A stretch of DNA of 53,367 nucleotides. Origin: a virus (Duplodnaviria; Caudoviricetes). The notes beneath the pieces are model-generated. The model did no database searches and had not been told where the DNA came from. It saw only the letters and a list, made by a program, of their open reading frames with translations. The position numbers and the translations under genes were made by a program. Of this stretch, positions 35,729 through 44,394 are shown piece after piece (the stretch's first letter is position 1; every line of letters begins with the position of its first letter). The DNA lies in the IMG/VR virus record IMGVR_UViG_3300034158_000030, positions 1 to 53,367 of that record, one strand, 5' to 3'.

Positions 35729-35923
35729 ATGATGGAGTTAGTTTTGAACATGGTGAGCGCGGCATATACGGCTCTGTCGGCCTTTGTCATCGCGCTTATG
35801 ACCTTTGCGCCCATAATGCCTCACTGGGCTAGCCTGGCGCTATCGTTCGCAGTGGGGGCCACGGCGGCGGTCATTGGCTGGACCTGGCGCCAGTGGGTAT
35901 GGCGGGTTTTGAGAGGGAAGTAA
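35729..35923 (+). CDS. Small two-TM membrane protein
   Basis: Hydrophobic 64 aa ORF; bidirectional terminator at 35923-35948. Confidence 0.55.
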   Translation: MMELVLNMVSAAYTALSAFVIALMTFAPIMPHWASLALSFAVGATAAVIGWTWRQWVWRVLRGK

Positions 35924-35948
35924 AAAGGGGCCTGCATGGCCCCTTTTG

Positions 35949-37382
35949 TTATTTGGCTGGGGGCTTGACACCCACCTCATCGCCGTTGTCGTCACCCTCA
36001 TCGAGGGGCTCAATCGTCAATGTTCCACCATTGACAAACCCTGCCATGTCGCGAGCCTCCTGCGCCTCGAATGGATATTCACCGGTCTGCGCAAACGAGG
36101 CGTTAACCTCGCCCATGAGCTTGGCGTTTTCGAGCTTCTCTTTCTGGCTGGCCTCGGACAGGTCCGACCAGATAACCGACGTTTCCGCCATGAACTGCAC
36201 AAGACCGATTCGCATCAAGTGCGCGAGTACCTGCTCAATGTCCGACGAAAGCGTCTGAACGCGGCGACCCTGCATTGTGCTGTTCCAATCCTTGTTGTCC
36301 TCGCCGGATGCGCGCTCGCCGGTTTGGCTGCCGATCCAGATCATGGTTGGCATCATGAACGACGCGGCGGCAGACATCAGCGAGATATTGAAATGCTGCT
36401 GAGGGTCCGGCACGTTCGAGACCAGCGTAGAGACGTTGGCGCCCTGCGTGATAACCGCCTGGTCAATACCCTGGTTGAGCCCCTCGGTCACCTGATTGAA
36501 GATCCCGCGCAACTCGCCCGGCTTGACCTTGTGAGCCGCCGCGATGTCGTTTAGGTTGACCTCCTTGTCGAAGTTGATCGCAATCTGCCGGGAAGCATTC
36601 TTGAGGAAAGACTCGCCGGAGCCACCGGAGATTTTTTCCATGTTGACGAAGTCGTTAAACGCCGCTCGCAGCATCGGAACGCCGTTGACGATGTCGCCCA
36701 GGATGATAACGCGGTCGGGGTGAATCTCCAGGTTGCGACCAGTGTAGCCGGACGTCGCCTGGCTGCCAGCATCGTTTCCTACCTCCCCCTCGCGGAACGA
36801 GTACATGGTTGGCAGGCCGTAGTTCTCGCTGTCCGTGATGTCATCACCCCAGGACGCCGGGAATAGCTGGCCTTCCCACGCAGGAATGATCCGCACGAGC
36901 CTGCGGGCGGCACGTCCGCGCACTGGCTTATCCCAGGTCTTGCCGTCTGCAATTTGCAGGATCAGCGCTGAGTATTTGCCGACGCAACGGCGGGTATCCG
37001 CCTCGCGCAGGCACTCCCATAGCTTGCTTTGCTTTGCTACGGCTTTAAACGACTTCTCCCATGCGGTTGGCGGGCGCTTCTTGTCGTGCTCCTCCCCCTC
37101 GATAACCTGGGGTTCGTCCTGCCAGCACTTGCCGACAACGCGGGATACAGCGCCGTGGGCGAGGCTGTTCCGTTCCCACATCCGATAGTAGTCGTCGAAT
37201 GCAATGTGCTCTTTCCAGCCGAAGGCGCGCCAGGCGTTCGGGCGCTTTGCATCCGATCCGAGGAGGCCGTCGGACGGAGCGAACCGCCGCCTAGCTCGAA
37301 ACATTTTCTCCTCGCCCAGCGCCTCATTGAGGGCCAGGTACAACGGGCTCCCCTCTGCTGGTAGCTTGATAGCTTGACTCAT
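35949..37382 (-). CDS. Portal protein (DUF1073/T1-like)
   Basis: DAKRPNAW..FG, IHPDRVIILG, GGSGESFLKNASRQ and QTGERAS motifs. Confidence 0.9.
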   Translation of the reverse strand: MSQAIKLPAEGSPLYLALNEALGEEKMFRARRRFAPSDGLLGSDAKRPNAWRAFGWKEHIAFDDYYRMWERNSLAHGAVSRVVGKCWQDEPQVIEGEEHDKKRPPTAWEKSFKAVAKQSKLWECLREADTRRCVGKYSALILQIADGKTWDKPVRGRAARRLVRIIPAWEGQLFPASWGDDITDSENYGLPTMYSFREGEVGNDAGSQATSGYTGRNLEIHPDRVIILGDIVNGVPMLRAAFNDFVNMEKISGGSGESFLKNASRQIAINFDKEVNLNDIAAAHKVKPGELRGIFNQVTEGLNQGIDQAVITQGANVSTLVSNVPDPQQHFNISLMSAAASFMMPTMIWIGSQTGERASGEDNKDWNSTMQGRRVQTLSSDIEQVLAHLMRIGLVQFMAETSVIWSDLSEASQKEKLENAKLMGEVNASFAQTGEYPFEAQEARDMAGFVNGGTLTIEPLDEGDDNGDEVGVKPPAK

Positions 37383-37477
37383 GTTCGAGCCTCCTGATTC
37401 AAAGTGGGTATTGTACAGCGGATCGCCTTAGGCTATTCTCGCCGCTTCAAACACAAACCCGCTGGAGCTTTGCAGAA

Positions 37478-37957
37478 ATGAAAAATACTATCGCCCGCTG
37501 TCTTATTGGACTAGCAACTGTCGGATTGATGCTCGTGAACCTGATCCCCGCAGTACCTGTCGATGTCCTGGCCTTCACTATGCCTGCTGCCAAGCTCATC
37601 GCTTACGGGGTTGGTCTTACGGGACTGCTGGTAATCATGGCTGGGGCGCACACCCGAGGGCGCGCTCTAGAGTCGCCAGCGTCAGCGACGGCGACCCTCT
37701 TGCTCGGGCTGGCAGCAAGGACTGTAAGCGAAAAAGCCTCGGGGCATTACGTCATGCTGGTTCTGTGCATGATCTATGTGATCATGCTGTCGGCAGCCGG
37801 GTTCCTGTGGCCCCTGGCCGCCGTAACATCTGGCATCGTCCTGTCGTACATCGACATTGGCATGCTCCAGCGCGATGCGCACAAGATCAAAAATATGCGC
37901 GCAGATATGAAGCCGAAAAGCCATGACGCGCAAATGGCGCGACGTCGCAACAAGTAA
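37478..37957 (+). CDS. Multi-TM membrane protein (moron)
   Basis: Four or more hydrophobic helices, basic tail, GGAG SD, terminator at 37972-37999. Confidence 0.65.
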   Translation: MKNTIARCLIGLATVGLMLVNLIPAVPVDVLAFTMPAAKLIAYGVGLTGLLVIMAGAHTRGRALESPASATATLLLGLAARTVSEKASGHYVMLVLCMIYVIMLSAAGFLWPLAAVTSGIVLSYIDIGMLQRDAHKIKNMRADMKPKSHDAQMARRRNK

Positions 37958-38044
37958 CGTCAAGTAGCTTGAAAAAGCCCGCCGAGTGCGGGCTTTTTTG
38001 TGCGTGTTAGAATTAACCCAGTTAACCCTTAGAGGCCTCAAGTA

Positions 38045-39307
38045 ATGGAAGAAATCCGCGTAAACGCGCTGGCGAAGGTCCGAAACAGTGACATCCGCCA
38101 TATCACCCACAACAACCGCGCACACATCGTTGTTCCGTCCTGGACCCTGCCAGATAACTGCGTGATGAATGGCGGCCTGTACCCGGCCGAGGAAATCGAG
38201 GCGGGTTTCAAAACCCTTGAGGGCACGCTCGCGCCTATCGGTCACCCGACGGTCAATGGGAAGCACGTCCTCGCGAACACGCCAGAGGCTATCAACGCGC
38301 ACTATCATGGCGTGTGGAACAAGAACGTAGCCCAAGAGGGCGGCCGGATCTATGTCGAGAAGTGGATCGACGTAGAGGTCGCGGCCCGCTCGGATGAGGG
38401 CAAGGCGCTACTCGACGCTATCGACAAGGGCGAGCCGATCCACACCTCGACCGGGCTCGTGTGCAATCGTGAGCTCGCAGTGAACCAAGCCGCCTATACC
38501 TGGGTCGCACGAGATATGCGCTTCGACCATGACGCGATCCTGTTCGGCGAGCCTGGCGCAGCCACTCCAGACGACGGCGTCGGGATGATGGTCAATAGCG
38601 CGGAGCTGGTCGTTAACGCTGTGTGCCCGGAGCTGGTCGTTAACGGCGTCTTGAGCAACTCCTACGGCCAGAAGCGGGACGCCCTGCAAGCCGCCATCCG
38701 CGAGCTGTTCGCCACCGCCGGCACGTATGCCTATGTCGAGGACTTCGACGACTCGAAGGTCGTCTACGGAATCCAGGGCAAGTATTACTCGGTCGGCTAT
38801 GAGTTCGACGGGAGCGCCCCGGTCATTGAGGGGTCGCCCGAGGAGCTGGTATCGCGGGTCGAATACATCGCCAAGGGCGCTGTCGTGGGCACTCAATTTG
38901 CGCTTAATAAAAACAGTGTACAATGCGTCCTTGACAAGCCAATTATCGAGCAGGAGCCCGAAACAATGGACGAAACTAAACTTGCCGCAGCGCTCGCGCT
39001 GGCGGTCAACGCAGCGGTAAAGCCGCTGGCCGATGACCTGGCAACCCTGCGCCAAGAAAACGCAGCCCTCGCCGGCAAGCTCGACGAATCGCTGACCGCG
39101 AACGCACGGCAGACCGACGAAGAAAACCGCGCCGTCATCCTGGCTAAGGCCCCCAACCTCAAGCTGGTGGTCAACACGCTGAAAGGCGAACCCCTGGCCG
39201 AGCTGGCCGCGCAGTACCAGGACGCCGCGCCGATTGTAAACGGTCGCACCCAACCAACCGGCAAAGACAACACCATGTCTGAGTTCGACGACTACAAAGG
39301 GGCCTAA
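38045..39307 (+). CDS. Prohead protease/scaffold (DUF2213-like)
   Basis: VMNGGLYP, APIGHP, IHTSTGL and DHDAIL..EPGAATP motifs. Confidence 0.85.
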   Translation: MEEIRVNALAKVRNSDIRHITHNNRAHIVVPSWTLPDNCVMNGGLYPAEEIEAGFKTLEGTLAPIGHPTVNGKHVLANTPEAINAHYHGVWNKNVAQEGGRIYVEKWIDVEVAARSDEGKALLDAIDKGEPIHTSTGLVCNRELAVNQAAYTWVARDMRFDHDAILFGEPGAATPDDGVGMMVNSAELVVNAVCPELVVNGVLSNSYGQKRDALQAAIRELFATAGTYAYVEDFDDSKVVYGIQGKYYSVGYEFDGSAPVIEGSPEELVSRVEYIAKGAVVGTQFALNKNSVQCVLDKPIIEQEPETMDETKLAAALALAVNAAVKPLADDLATLRQENAALAGKLDESLTANARQTDEENRAVILAKAPNLKLVVNTLKGEPLAELAAQYQDAAPIVNGRTQPTGKDNTMSEFDDYKGA

Positions 39308-39310
39308 GAA

Positions 39311-39745
39311 ATGGCAGTTATCGGAAAACGCCCACGCCGCGTTAACAACGACGGCAAGTCGATCACTCGACTCGGGATTGCGAAAGTCGCTCTGCTGCCT
39401 GGCTCCTTTGCGGTGCTGGACTCCGCAGGCGAATTCATCCAGGCAACCGCAGTCGTCAAGCCGCTTTACATCGTCAACGTAGACGACAAAATCGGCGAGG
39501 ACATCCTGACCCCGGTTGTCGCGACCGAGTCCGCAACCTGCGACTTTGTCGAGCAAGGCCGCCAGTTCGCTGCGCTGGTCAAGGGCGGAACCGCCTGCGT
39601 CCTCGACACCCCGTTCAAGCTGTCCGCAACCCTCGGCATCCTGGAAAAGGCAACCGCCCCGGAAGACGTCGTGGTCGCCTACAGCATGGAAATCTACACC
39701 ACCAAAGCCGGCGCAGCGACCCACGTCCGCGTCCGCATCGCCTAA
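39311..39745 (+). CDS. Capsid decoration protein
   Basis: 144 aa gene between the protease and MCP; ends VRVRIA. Confidence 0.7.
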   Translation: MAVIGKRPRRVNNDGKSITRLGIAKVALLPGSFAVLDSAGEFIQATAVVKPLYIVNVDDKIGEDILTPVVATESATCDFVEQGRQFAALVKGGTACVLDTPFKLSATLGILEKATAPEDVVVAYSMEIYTTKAGAATHVRVRIA

Positions 39746-39759
39746 GGAGGGCTGAGCAA

Positions 39760-40836
39760 ATGCCGTACATGATGGAGCAAGCCCACCGGGGCAACCCGGA
39801 GTTCGACGCGCAATTCACCGCAGTTGTAAACCAGCGCAAGCTCGGTTTTCACGCCCAAAAGCTGATTGTCGATCAGTACGGCGAAGCGATGGACAATCAC
39901 ACCATGGCCCTGAACGCCGCCGATATGTTCGCGCCGAAGTTCTGGGCTCAGATCGACCAGCGCGCAATCGCTGTCCGTGACAACGACAAGGGTCGCGAGC
40001 TGCTGACCGACCTGATGACCCTGGCGACCCCGGTCGACATCGGTTACACCTTCAAGACCTACGCCATGGGCGGCGAGATCGACGACGAAGTGCAAATCTC
40101 GATGGACGGCCAGGCCCCAGTGACCTACGACCACGTAGACACCACTTCGGCTGGCGATCCGATCCCGATCTTTCAATGCGGCTTCGGTATCAACTGGCGT
40201 AAATGGCTCGGCCACCAAAACGCCAACATGAACACCGTGGCCGACTCCCAGGCCGCGAAGCTGAAAGTCATGTTCGAGCGCATGGCCGATTACTGCCTGG
40301 ACGGTGACGCCAAGGTTAAGGAGGCCGGCTTCAAAGGCCAGGGCATCCGCAATCACCGCAACACCAAAAAAATCGACCTTAACCTGGCCGCCATCGACCT
40401 GACCTCGGGATCGACCAGTAACGACGACATCCTGAACTTCTGGAACCAGATTTTCGCGATCCACCTCGACGACAACTACGTCGCTGGCAAAATCGACGTC
40501 GTATGGGTTTCCCCGGAAATTGATCGCCGGATGAACGTCCCGTTCTCGAACGCTCAAGGCTTCAAGGGCGGCACCCTGCGTACCTACATCCTGGAGTTCG
40601 GCCGCGTCGGCGAGTTCAAGACCACGTACAAGCTGAAAGGCAACGAGTTCCTGGCTTACGACCGTAACCGTGACTCCATCAGCCCGCTGGTTGCTCAGGC
40701 GGTCGCCACCGTGCCAATCGAACGTCGCTCGCCTCGTGCGAACTTCAACTTCGAGATTTGGGGCGCGATGGGGCTGCAAATCCAGGCCGACGTCAACGGG
40801 CGCGGCTCCGTGTTCTACGCGGCCAAGCTGACCTAA
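39760..40836 (+). CDS. Major capsid protein
   Basis: 358 aa; strong AAGGAGG SD; highly biased codons; GDPIPIF..GFG.NWR and WGAMGLQI motifs. Confidence 0.9.
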   Translation: MPYMMEQAHRGNPEFDAQFTAVVNQRKLGFHAQKLIVDQYGEAMDNHTMALNAADMFAPKFWAQIDQRAIAVRDNDKGRELLTDLMTLATPVDIGYTFKTYAMGGEIDDEVQISMDGQAPVTYDHVDTTSAGDPIPIFQCGFGINWRKWLGHQNANMNTVADSQAAKLKVMFERMADYCLDGDAKVKEAGFKGQGIRNHRNTKKIDLNLAAIDLTSGSTSNDDILNFWNQIFAIHLDDNYVAGKIDVVWVSPEIDRRMNVPFSNAQGFKGGTLRTYILEFGRVGEFKTTYKLKGNEFLAYDRNRDSISPLVAQAVATVPIERRSPRANFNFEIWGAMGLQIQADVNGRGSVFYAAKLT

Positions 40837-40883
40837 CAATAACGGCGGGGGAGACCCCGCCTTTGCTTCTGGAGATTCGTACA

Positions 40884-41216
40884 ATGCCAACCTATGAGAT
40901 TGTAAAAAGCCCTGGCCTGCAATTCCCTGTCGGGCACCGCTTCGACTCGGATGACCTGCACGTCATCATGCGGCAGCACGTCATTCAGGTCAAAGATGGC
41001 AAACAGGCGGCCGCCGTCGGCGGTCCAGAGCTCAACACCCTGGACGACCAGGACGAAGCCAACGCAGAGCTGGCCGCCGCCTGGGATGAGGCAGCCGCAA
41101 TGCACGCCGTCATCCTGGAGGGTGAGCGCGAGGCGAAGAAAGTAGCCGAGGCGGTCGCCGCCAAGAAGGTTCCGGCCAAGTCCGCCAAAGACGGCCCGAG
41201 CGACGAAAACACCTAA
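40884..41216 (+). CDS. Hypothetical head-associated protein
   Basis: GGAG SD; follows MCP; terminator at 41218-41250. Confidence 0.65.
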   Translation: MPTYEIVKSPGLQFPVGHRFDSDDLHVIMRQHVIQVKDGKQAAAVGGPELNTLDDQDEANAELAAAWDEAAAMHAVILEGEREAKKVAEAVAAKKVPAKSAKDGPSDENT

Positions 41217-41287
41217 CAAAAAGCCCTGTCAATTGACGGGGCTTTTTTTTGGTACAATATTTTTTTATCAACTGGATTGACAGATAT

Positions 41288-41692
41288 ATGAGCGTTACGC
41301 TAGAGGAGGTTAAAGAATACCTCGCGACGCAGCAAATCGAGCTCCCAGACTCAATGCTTGCTCGCATGATTGCGCGGATCGCAAAGTACGAGCAATGCTT
41401 TGCCGACCACGGGTACGACTCGAACGATATCTACTTTATCTACTGCTACCTCCTGGCACTCCTGGCCCTGTTCGGGGCTGACGGGCGCGTTCGCTCTCAG
41501 GGCGCACCAAGCGGCGCTAGCCGGTCGTTCTTTTTCGGCTCTACCGCCGAGCGCTGGAAGCAGCTAAGCAGCCTCCTGGCAGCGCTGGACCCCGAGGGGT
41601 GCGTATCCTCGCTTGTGCCGCCAGATCCAGACAAGAAAGCGAACTGCGCCCTGTTTATCTCCCCTGGCGCTGCGGGGTGCTCCTTTGAGTAG
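41288..41692 (+). CDS. Head-tail adaptor
   Basis: SQGAPSGASRSF...LDPEGC motif; position. Confidence 0.75.
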   Translation: MSVTLEEVKEYLATQQIELPDSMLARMIARIAKYEQCFADHGYDSNDIYFIYCYLLALLALFGADGRVRSQGAPSGASRSFFFGSTAERWKQLSSLLAALDPEGCVSSLVPPDPDKKANCALFISPGAAGCSFE

Positions 41693-42035
41693 CATCAGCC
41701 GCTGGAGCTACACAAACACCGCGACCGTCTGGAAGCGCGGCAAGAAAAACCACCTAGAGGGCGGCAGTCCGTGGGGCGTCCCGTACACGATCAAATGCAC
41801 CTGGACCGCCGGGACCGAGGTGATGAAAGACAACAACGGCGCGGAGTTCGTGAGCTCCTGCCAATATTTCCACGAGGACGCCAGGCCAGGCCACGGCGAC
41901 CGCATCCGGCGAGGCGCTTTCACCGACGCAGATCCGATGGCGGTTGGCGGGACCGATGAAATCAAGTCGCACACCGAGTGGGATATGTCACCGTTCGGAG
42001 CAAACGAACTACCAGACTACAGGAGCTCAGTCTAA
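41685..42035 (+). CDS. Head closure protein
   Basis: SRWSYTNTATVW...GAEFVS; position. Confidence 0.7.
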   Translation: MSSISRWSYTNTATVWKRGKKNHLEGGSPWGVPYTIKCTWTAGTEVMKDNNGAEFVSSCQYFHEDARPGHGDRIRRGAFTDADPMAVGGTDEIKSHTEWDMSPFGANELPDYRSSV

Positions 42036-42397
42036 TGGCGATCAAAGGCCTCACAGCGGCGCGCAGCAAGACAAAGCGGCTATCCGATAGCATCGAGAAC
42101 ATCAAGGCTCAGCGCGCCGTCACGGCCGGCGTGATCGTCGGGCAGGGCTGGGCGCAGATCCTAACGCCCGTGGACACGTCATTCCTGATCAACGGCCAGT
42201 ATCGAAGGGTGAGCAAGTCCAGCGTCGGATATGCCGGACAAGTCGGCTATGTAGCGAACTACGCGGCAGCAGTTCACGCCGCCTCGAACAAGCAGAATTT
42301 CAAGAAGCCGGGAGCCGGAAAGGAGTTCTTGCGCAAGGGGTTCGAGGATCATCGAGCGCAGATCGACGCAGCGGTATTGAAGGCATTCAGCCTATGA
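42035..42397 (+). CDS. HK97 gp10-like neck protein
   Basis: TPVDTSFLIN...VGYVANYAAAVH...KEFLRKGFE. Confidence 0.8.
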   Translation: MAIKGLTAARSKTKRLSDSIENIKAQRAVTAGVIVGQGWAQILTPVDTSFLINGQYRRVSKSSVGYAGQVGYVANYAAAVHAASNKQNFKKPGAGKEFLRKGFEDHRAQIDAAVLKAFSL

Positions 42398-42774
42398 CCA
42401 CTCTCGACGCGCTGATCGAATACTTGACGCCTGCGGCAGGCAGCCTTGAGCTTTGCCTGGGGGAGTGGGACGAATCGACAGGAGAGGAGCGGACAGAGTA
42501 CCTGTCGATTAACTTTGATGCCGGGGCAAAGCCCGATGTCATCGCGACCTTCCCGATTGTAGACCTGTGGCTTGTGTCTGTTCGAGGTGTTAACGACATC
42601 GCTGGAGGAAAGATCGACTGGTATCGACGGTGCGCAGCCATCCACCAATACATACTCGACAACCCGTCGTCAAGCTGTTTTGCAAACGTAATTCCAATTG
42701 CTGGTATCATTGGCCCGAAGACGTCCGAGGAGAAGCGGGCCATCTACAAAATTACCCTTGAACTGACGCAATAG
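42394..42774 (+). CDS. Tail terminator
   Basis: Position before the tail tube gene; 126 aa. Confidence 0.65.
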   Translation: MTTLDALIEYLTPAAGSLELCLGEWDESTGEERTEYLSINFDAGAKPDVIATFPIVDLWLVSVRGVNDIAGGKIDWYRRCAAIHQYILDNPSSSCFANVIPIAGIIGPKTSEEKRAIYKITLELTQ

Positions 42775-42785
42775 GAGGCCTTTAA

Positions 42786-43274
42786 ATGGCTGATTGTGAA
42801 CTGGATAAATACATTGGCCGGGACGTCGGCCTTGAGGTTGCCTTTGCTTGCGGCGACATCGACCCGACGACCCTGAGCTACATGCCTATCGGCGCGCTGC
42901 GGGCGAAAGACTTTTCCCTGGAATGGGACACCGTCGACGGTACTGCCGACGACAACAAGGGGTCGACTAAATCGACCTATGCCACCTACAAAACTTTCTC
43001 GTGCTCGGGCAACGGCACCTGCAAGAAGAAAGACGGAACCCAGTCGAATCAGACGCGGCTGTTCATGCACGTCAACGACCCGCAGGGCACTTCGGGGCAG
43101 CCAGTGGTTTGGGTTCGCATCACTTGCCCGGACATCACCGTTTACGCTTTCTGCCTGATCACCAGCATCGGCCGAACCATGCCGTATGACGCCATGGCCG
43201 AGTTCAACTTCGAGGCCACCGCTACCGACTCGCCGTTTGGCGTGATGGTTGTTCCAACGCCGGAAGCTCCGTAA
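42786..43274 (+). CDS. Major tail tube protein
   Basis: GRDV.LEVAFACGD, LRAK...EWDTVD.TAD and QPVVWVR motifs. Confidence 0.85.
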   Translation: MADCELDKYIGRDVGLEVAFACGDIDPTTLSYMPIGALRAKDFSLEWDTVDGTADDNKGSTKSTYATYKTFSCSGNGTCKKKDGTQSNQTRLFMHVNDPQGTSGQPVVWVRITCPDITVYAFCLITSIGRTMPYDAMAEFNFEATATDSPFGVMVVPTPEAP

Positions 43275-43624
43275 TGGCAGTGGTCGCAAGCAATAAGCTT
43301 GCCTCCCCCGTCCCGGTTGTTCTGGTGAAAACCACGCTGACCGCAAACGACACGATGACCTATAACCCGGCCGCAAACGGCGTCCTGTTCCTGGACAACC
43401 CGACGGCCTCCCCGGTCACCGTGACCATTGACGGCGACAAGGCTGCAACGGCCTTCGCTCCCGGCGGCATCGGGTCGACCATCGACCTGAGCGCCGGCCT
43501 GCCGATCATCGTCCCGGCGAACAAGACGATTGCCGTTCGCCTGGCTGACATTCAGCGCTATCTGGCGGGCGCGATCGCCGTAAAGGGCGGCGTCGGCGTC
43601 ATCGCCTGGACTGCCGAGGCGTAA
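43274..43624 (+). CDS. Putative tail decoration (beta-rich) protein
   Basis: TAATG-coupled to the tail tube; same codon bias; terminator at 43639-43666. Confidence 0.6.
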   Translation: MAVVASNKLASPVPVVLVKTTLTANDTMTYNPAANGVLFLDNPTASPVTVTIDGDKAATAFAPGGIGSTIDLSAGLPIIVPANKTIAVRLADIQRYLAGAIAVKGGVGVIAWTAEA

Positions 43625-43710
43625 ACCAGCTTTACAGGAAAAGGGGCCTCCGGGCCTCTTTTTTTATGCGTGGTAGAATTGCGCATTGACACACACGGAG
43701 CGCTTGAGAT

Positions 43711-44394
43711 ATGCGCGTAATTACAGCAATTGGCGAGCAGGGTCTAGAGCATCCCGATGGACTGGCCGCGCTACTGCGGCCGAGCTTCTACGCCATGACC
43801 CAGCTCGGGGACCCCTCCCGCATCGTCGAGGTGTTCGCCGACCTTCACCGCAGGCCCGGCCTAATCGAGTCAATGCCATTCGATACCGAGGGGGCAAAGG
43901 CTCAAGCTGAGCGGGTAAACGCGCAGATACTGCGCCGCCATTGGCGCGACATGCTGTTTTTGTCCTGGGAGGTCATGAACGCATGTAGCGAAGACGACCT
44001 GGCACCGTTCATTGGTGAGCCTGGAAGCCGCTACGGGTCGTACAGGCTCGGACCGGTCAGCCCCGAGGTGATGCTCGCCCTGTCGCAGTCGCTCATGCAG
44101 CACGGCGTCATAGGTCCCATGCCAAAGGAAATGGCGGACCCCGAGGCGGTCAAGGAGGCAAAGCAGAAAGCGGGGAACTACACGCCGGAGTTCGACGCCA
44201 TGTCGTTCGTGTCCAAGGCCATTGCGCACTTGGGGCTTAGCGAGGCGGAAGCCTGGAACCTGACCCTGACAGGGTTTGCAGCGCACTGGGAGGCCAAATT
44301 TGGCGAACCGAAAGAGAAGCGCCATAGCTCCGAGCATGACGCGACAATGAACTGGCTTGAGAAGGTCAACGCCCTGAGGGACAAAAGAAAATGA
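43711..44394 (+). CDS. Tail assembly chaperone (DUF6246-like)
   Basis: IGE...LRPSFYAM..LG.P..IVE, LMQHGVIG and AHLGLSEAEAWNLT motifs. Confidence 0.75.
   Translation: MRVITAIGEQGLEHPDGLAALLRPSFYAMTQLGDPSRIVEVFADLHRRPGLIESMPFDTEGAKAQAERVNAQILRRHWRDMLFLSWEVMNACSEDDLAPFIGEPGSRYGSYRLGPVSPEVMLALSQSLMQHGVIGPMPKEMADPEAVKEAKQKAGNYTPEFDAMSFVSKAIAHLGLSEAEAWNLTLTGFAAHWEAKFGEPKEKRHSSEHDATMNWLEKVNALRDKRK

Noticed and set aside
35949-37382. Anti-CBASS Acb1 label often attached to this protein family
   Set aside because: Size, motifs and adjacency to MuF indicate a DUF1073 portal; no 2H-phosphoesterase HxT pair was recognised.
38408-39724. 438-aa minus-strand ORF and other long antisense ORFs (e.g. 7478-8416)
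   Set aside because: Shadow frames of strongly codon-biased GC-rich genes; no SD or recognisable motifs.
43255-43280. Programmed frameshift fusing the tail tube to the downstream protein
   Set aside because: No slippery heptamer near the junction; the TAATG overlap is explained by translational coupling.
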